From assembly GCF_009914755.1 (NCBI RefSeq), contig NC_060939.1: DNA of 64,000 nucleotides, one strand, 5' to 3'. Every line of letters begins with the position of its first letter. Position 1 is the stretch's first letter. Positions 55,887 through 64,000 of this stretch are shown in pieces. The notes under the pieces were generated by a model. It ran no database searches, was not told the DNA's origin, and saw only the letters and a list, made by a program, of their open reading frames with translations. Position numbers and translations under genes: made by a program. Source of the DNA: the human T2T-CHM13v2.0 reference genome, Homo sapiens.

Positions 55887-57069
55887 TAAAGAGCCACTTG
55901 GTAAGTGGAACTTGCAGTTCCCCAACACATCAAGCTCTCCCTGCCCCTGGGCCTTTGCACGTGTTGTTTCTCTTATCTGCAGCAGTCTCTCCCTTCTAAG
56001 CTCTGTCTTATCTCTCAGGGCTGTCTCTCCTTCACCACTGCTGAGAAGCCTTCTCCAGCTCATTGCTTCCTCCAGGGCTGTGTTAGTGCCCTTCCTGCAA
56101 ACCCCTATTGCCCCTGCTCTTGCCTAGCAAGGCTCTCACCTCACCTGTTCTAATGGCTCATTTACTCTGGCACCTCCCTCATTAAGCTGCAGGGACAGGG
56201 GCTCTGTTATGGACCCTTGCATTCTCACTGTCAGCCATGGCTCTGGATAAAGGCCCCAGGCTTTCTCAACACCCAGCTGGAGGCCCTGTACTGACCTCAG
56301 AGAGCCCCAGGGATCCAGGGGTAATACCATTCTCTTGTTTAGCAGTTGGCAAGTGGGTAGGTTGGATGGTGCCAGTTTCAGTACTAAAGACCTGATCCTT
56401 GCTCGCCACTCACCACTTTATCGTTTCCATCAAGACGTGAAAATTCCCCATAACTCAATTAGATGTAAATAAGTCACTGATCAAATAATTCTGATTATAG
56501 GGAAATCTGATTAGTGTTAGTGGTTTCCTGATATTAAACTTTTCTTCCTGCTCTGGATTGGATTTTTTTTTTTATTTTCGTATATCTCCTTGAGTGATAG
56601 CAATGGAAGTTTCCAGGCCTGCATTTAATGTACGACTTCTAATTCTTCTCACTGCATATGACCAGGAAGGGTGACCAAAAAAAAATTGAGTTAATTCTGT
56701 AAATTTCCTTTGGCGTGAATATATGGTCCAGATTGTTTCTGTACCTTTCACTTTCAGAAGTAATTATTCCAACAGAAGCATGTTAGTATGCTGTGGACTG
56801 ATGGCTGTAAGTTGTATCCTTTTGATGTACTAAATAATTGACTAGAAAAAAAAAAAAAACTTCCATCAGCCATCAATAGAATGTTGAAAGTCAGTATGAG
56901 TCCAGCACTGCAGTTTGTAGGGTACTGATGATAGATGACTAATTCATCCCCCCCATTCCAGGCAACAAATATTTATTGAGCACCTGTTTCAGTGAAATGC
57001 CAAGTAGGTTCTGTGGCGGGGAGGAGGACAGCTCCATTATGGGCCCAGGCAGGCAGCTCATGGTTCAGT

Positions 57070-57240
57070 GTGACGGGTCTCAATACAGGCCGCACCTTAG
57101 GATCACGTGGGAGCTTTTAAAACATGAGGCCCCACTCTCAGAGATTCTGATTCCCTTATTTTGGAGTAAGATCCATGCATCAGTATTTTTTTAACCTCCT
57201 CAAGTGTTTTTGATTTGTAACCAGGATGGAGAACCGCTGT
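57070..57240. mobile_element. MER5-family DNA transposon
   Basis: GGATCACGTGGGAGCTTTTAAAA..CTCAGAGATTCTGATT..GGATGGAGAACCGCTG. Confidence 0.65.
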
Positions 57241-57247
57241 TCTAATA

Positions 57248-57466
57248 CAGGGCTTCTCAGTCACGGCACTGTTGACATTTTGGGCCAGATAATGGATTGT
57301 CATGAGGCGCTGCCCTATGCACTGTGTTTTTACCAGCATCCCTGGGCTCTCCCCACCAGATGCCACCCCTGCCCTCCCCAGCCACAAGTTCCGACAACTG
57401 TAAATGTCTCCAGACATTGCCACATGTCCCTCGGGGGATGTCATCACCCCCAGTGAAGAACCACCG
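57248..57466 (-). mobile_element. MER20 hAT-Charlie DNA transposon
   Basis: GGCACTGTTGACATTTTGGGCCAGATAAT...AATGTCTCCAGACATTGCCACATGTCCC. Confidence 0.85.
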
Positions 57467-57631
57467 CTGTCATAGAAGGGATGAGGCATGTTCTATAAAT
57501 TGTGTCTTTCTTGAAAAAGGTCAGCATCTAAGCTGACACTGAGTATTCATCATTCAGTCTCTTTTTTCTTCTCACCATGACCATATTTGCCCACTATAAA
57601 AACCAACTGGAGAGTTAGATATGCCATATAG

Positions 57632-58157
57632 CAGGGGTCCCCCACATCTAGCACCAGTGCCAGTCTGCGGTACTGGTACTGTTGGGAACTGGGCCGCACA
57701 GCAGGAGGCGAGTGGCAGGTGAGCAAAGCTTTATCTGTATTTATAGCCGCTCCCCATCGCTCACATTACTGCCTGAGCTCTGCCTCCTGTCAGATCAGCA
57801 GTGGCATTGGATTCTTACAGGAGCATGAACTTACTGTGAACTGCGCACGCGAGGGATCTAGGGTGCGTGTGCCTTAGGGGAATCTAATGCCCGATGATCT
57901 GTCATTGTCTCCCATCATCCCTAGATGGGACCGTCTAGTTACAGGAAAACAAGCTCAGGGCTCCCACTGATTCTACTTTATGGTGAATTGTATAATTACA
58001 TTTCATTATATAATACAATGTAATAATAGAAATAAAGCGCATGATAAATGTGATGTGCTTGAATCATCCTGAAACTATCCCCCAAACCCCACTGGTCAGT
58101 GGAATAATTGTCTTCCACGAAACTGGTCCTTGGTACCAAAAAGGTTGGGGACCTCTG
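57632..58157 (+). mobile_element. MER1A hAT-Charlie DNA transposon with 8-bp TSD (CCATATAG/CCATAAAG)
   Basis: CAGGGGTCCCC...AAGGTTGGGGACCTCTG terminal inverted repeats; TSD matches at 7 of 8 positions. Confidence 0.88.
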
Positions 58158-59163
58158 CCATAAAGCATGTTGCAGCACAGGAAACAAACAGCGTGTCTGC
58201 CCTGAAGATATATTTAATGTGGCCTGAGCCAAAGTTTAACTGGGCCTCCCTGAAAAAGTTGGAAGATAGCTATCATGGGACCTGCACCCCAGTAGGGCAG
58301 TGGTTGGCTGGAACTGAGAAGCGCTGGCCTTTTGGGCAGGACATTTGCTGTCTACTTAGACACAGCCCCCACCACTGGCCATCCCTTACACCTGAGCCAT
58401 TTTTTAAATGTATGTTTCCTGTCTGGTTCCAAAGGCTTACGGTTTGCAGCCCTCCTCATATAGCCTGGCCCTGTCTGCCAGAGCTGATTTAAAAGTCTGT
58501 ACTTATCCTGGTAGTGGCTTGTCAGAAGGGACTTGTGACTATTCTGAAATCAAACCCTACTGGGGCATCGCCACCTGGGACACCTGATATATCTCAGGCC
58601 CTCTGCTAGGCATTGTAAGTGTAGAGATGAATAAGGAAAGGAGCTCATGTTTACTATAAAATGAGATGTCATATTATTAATAGAGGTATGTCCAAGGGAG
58701 CACCCAAAGCAACACCTAACCTTACCTTACAATATAGTTAAGTGAAAAGAACACATTGTAAAATAATACATAGACAATAATCCCTTTTGATAAAGAAACA
58801 TCTAAATATATGCATATCTTTGCATAAAAAATATTGGAAGAACATATAGCCATCCATTCGTAGATGGATACTTCAGGTTAGGGGCCAAAAAACTAAATTT
58901 TGCTTATTTGTTTCCAGTTTTTGTGTATATTTCAAAAATATCTAAAATGATTATCACTTTTCCAATGAGGAACAGATTTTTTTAATTTAAAAAATCCAAC
59001 ATTAAAGGTTAGGTGGTTAGGTTAGGTTCTAAAAGAGGGAAGCAGCTGTGTAGACAAATCAGTGAACTTGCAGTATCAGGCCTGCTGGGGTAGAAATTGG
59101 TTCTGGGTGGGGCAGGGGTGGAAGGAGGGAGTGGGCATGTTCTCCGCTGGGGGATGGGGTGAA

Positions 59164-59237
59164 TGAGACCCCCATCTCTGAAAAGATGTAAAAAAAATTA
59201 GCAGGGCAGGTGGCTCACTTGAGCCCAGGAGTTGGAG
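59164..59237 (+). repeat. Alu-derived ~75-bp fragment resembling the internal junction of the Alu at 60113-60345
   Basis: Shares ATCTCTGAAAAGAT and the GGCAGGTGGCT-ACTTGAGCCCAGGAGTT deletion junction with 60215-60284. Confidence 0.7.
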
Positions 59238-60112
59238 GGGGAGACGTGGCAAGGGCCAGGCTTTCATCATGAAGGGTAGTGGGTGTTTGGTAGCCAGGCA
59301 TGGAAGGACATTCCAGCCGGAAGAGTGCACAGGCTGAGGTGTGACAATTTGGACCTCATGATGCAGGCAGGTTTTGAGTTGGAAGAGAGAAAGCTGGAGG
59401 GAGAGATGGAGGGGCCCTGTGTTCCTTCAGAGTTGCAGTCATGCCTTTCACCTTTCCGTGATCTCCCCACTGTGTCCTATGTTAGATAGCTGGAGCAGAG
59501 TGAGCCTTTCTGCTCCCCAAATAAAAACCCCCTTCCTCCCCTCAGCAGGAGATAATTAAGATCTAATAGGACGTGCTCAGGCTCACGCGCCACAGGTTAC
59601 CGGGGTGCAAGGTGGAAGGAGGTCTTGCTTTCATCTCAGAATTTTTCTCCCTGGCCATTATTCTTCAGCCAGTGACCCCACAAGGGAAGAAGAGATCGTA
59701 TTTCTTCTTGCAGTTTTTCAGTGTCCCCTTTGCCTTGATCTTGCAGGTTGCCATTGGCGCCCTTTGTGATGAGATCTGAGGGTTATGTCTGGAAATACCA
59801 GCTTTGGTTGAACCAATGAAGTGAAGAGATGCTAAGCTACAAAAAGACAGTAATAAATGACAGGAGACTGTCTGAGGAACGTCAGTGAATTATGAGAAAA
59901 TCCATAAGTGTCTGGGACTCAGAGAAGTATGTTGCCATTCAAAGGAAAACACCCCACTTTATTGTGGTGGTGTCCCACGTTCTTTGATATCTCAGCTATT
60001 AGAACATCAGGTGCAAAAGATCAAAGATCTCACAGGCAAAAGCAGGAAGAGCATGGCCTGTGGTGGTACTCCCCGGTAAACTCCCTTTATGAACATTTCT
60101 AGAAACTGCCAG

Positions 60113-60345
60113 AGCCAGGCATGGTGGCATGCCTCTGTAATCCCATCTACTCAGGAGCTGAGGAGGGGAGGAGCACTTGAGGCCCCAAACTTGAGACCAG
60201 CTTGGGCAACATAGTGAGACCCCTATCTCTGAAAAGATAAAAAATGAGGCAGGCAGGTGGCTTACTTGAGCCCAGGAGTTTGAGACTGCAGTAAGCTATG
60301 ATCATGCCACTGCACTGCAAACTAAGACCTCATCTCTGAAAAAAG
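60113..60345 (+). mobile_element. AluJ-like element with an internal deletion
   Basis: GCCAGGCATGGTGGCATGCC..GGGCAACATAGTGAGACCCC..CTTGAGCCCAGGAGTTTGAGACTGCAGTAAGCTATGATCATGCCACTGCACT. Confidence 0.8.
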
Positions 60346-61195
60346 GAAAGAGAAAAGAAATTTTCATGTATCTCTGCTAACTGCTTTCAAGGAGGAAAAG
60401 CAAAAACAGTATTCCAGGGGCGATCCTCTACCTTTCAAGTTTCCATAGAAGGCTCGTAATACAAATATCCCCATACAATCCTCTTAGAAAAATAATCTTT
60501 CCACCTTGAACTTCGCTTCCTTTGTACAATTAATAGGGATCGATCATCAGGATTGGATGTGGGGGGAAAATAACAGGCAGAAAACAACTTTATTTGCCAG
60601 TATTTTTGAAACACTGCTGAGCAGTATCTTGTTCTTGTAATACCGGCTGTCAAAATAGCATGCCGACTGCTTCCTTCATCAATAGAAAACAAATGCAAGA
60701 TTCCAGAGAGTCATTTTTCTATTTTTGTGGTCTCTAGCCTTCTTGTAATTATTTATTCTCATCATTGTATGTGAATAGAAACATTTCTCAATTGAAATTA
60801 ATGACTGAAGGTGGAACAGAAATACAGTTTTCAGTGATGTGCTATTCTTTCATTGATTTCTTTATTTTATAACATTTTCCATTTTGAATACATTTATATG
60901 ATTCAAAAGCCAAAAAGTATAAAAAGGAGGATATGAGGGACTCTCCCTTTCACCTGTGTCCGCTATTTACTTCTTCCTCAACCTGCCAAATAGATGATTG
61001 CTGTCCTTGGTTTCTTGTACATCCTTCTGGATTTTTTACTGCACATAAAAGGCCCTATTCTGTACCTCACTATTTTGTTTGGCTTTTTCAGTTAATAGTT
61101 TACCTGGGAGTTATTTTTAAATTAGTACATAAGGGATGTTCTTCTACCTTTTTATGGCTATATAGTATTCCATCGCGTGGACCAAGTAGTCTGTC

Positions 61196-64000
<2,805 letters not shown>

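Noticed and set aside
60435-60698. 87-aa - strand ORF considered as a processed pseudogene fragment
   Set aside because: No recognisable protein similarity, poly(A) tail or TSD.

Overview
Primate genomic DNA, almost certainly human, lying entirely inside the + strand gene SLCO3A1 (OATP3A1, an organic anion transporting polypeptide). Five coding exons were placed by hand from GT-AG boundaries and a continuous spliced reading frame: 19100-19198, 28495-28758, 44693-44857, 50289-50487 and 52580-52718 (866 nt; from recall these are exons 3-7). They include the OATP family signature and the start of the Kazal-like extracellular loop. The ORF track misses the first exon entirely. The rest is intron dense with Alu, MIR, L2, old L1, MaLR LTRs and hAT-Charlie elements. 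The window ends inside a young antisense L1PA2-type LINE-1 whose ORF2 is broken by a single nonsense change. I found no convincing new gene or novel biological system. The best second-look items are: an Alu carrying two separate fold-back templated insertions; three short local dispersed duplications (one creates a candidate 23-nt poison microexon, another duplicates an ARE/AP-1 site); a cluster of three CTCF motifs; an AG|GT junction at exon 4 resembling a recursive-splicing site; and G-quadruplex/G-run elements behind splice donors. Repeat subfamily names and boundaries come from recognition, not a RepeatMasker run.
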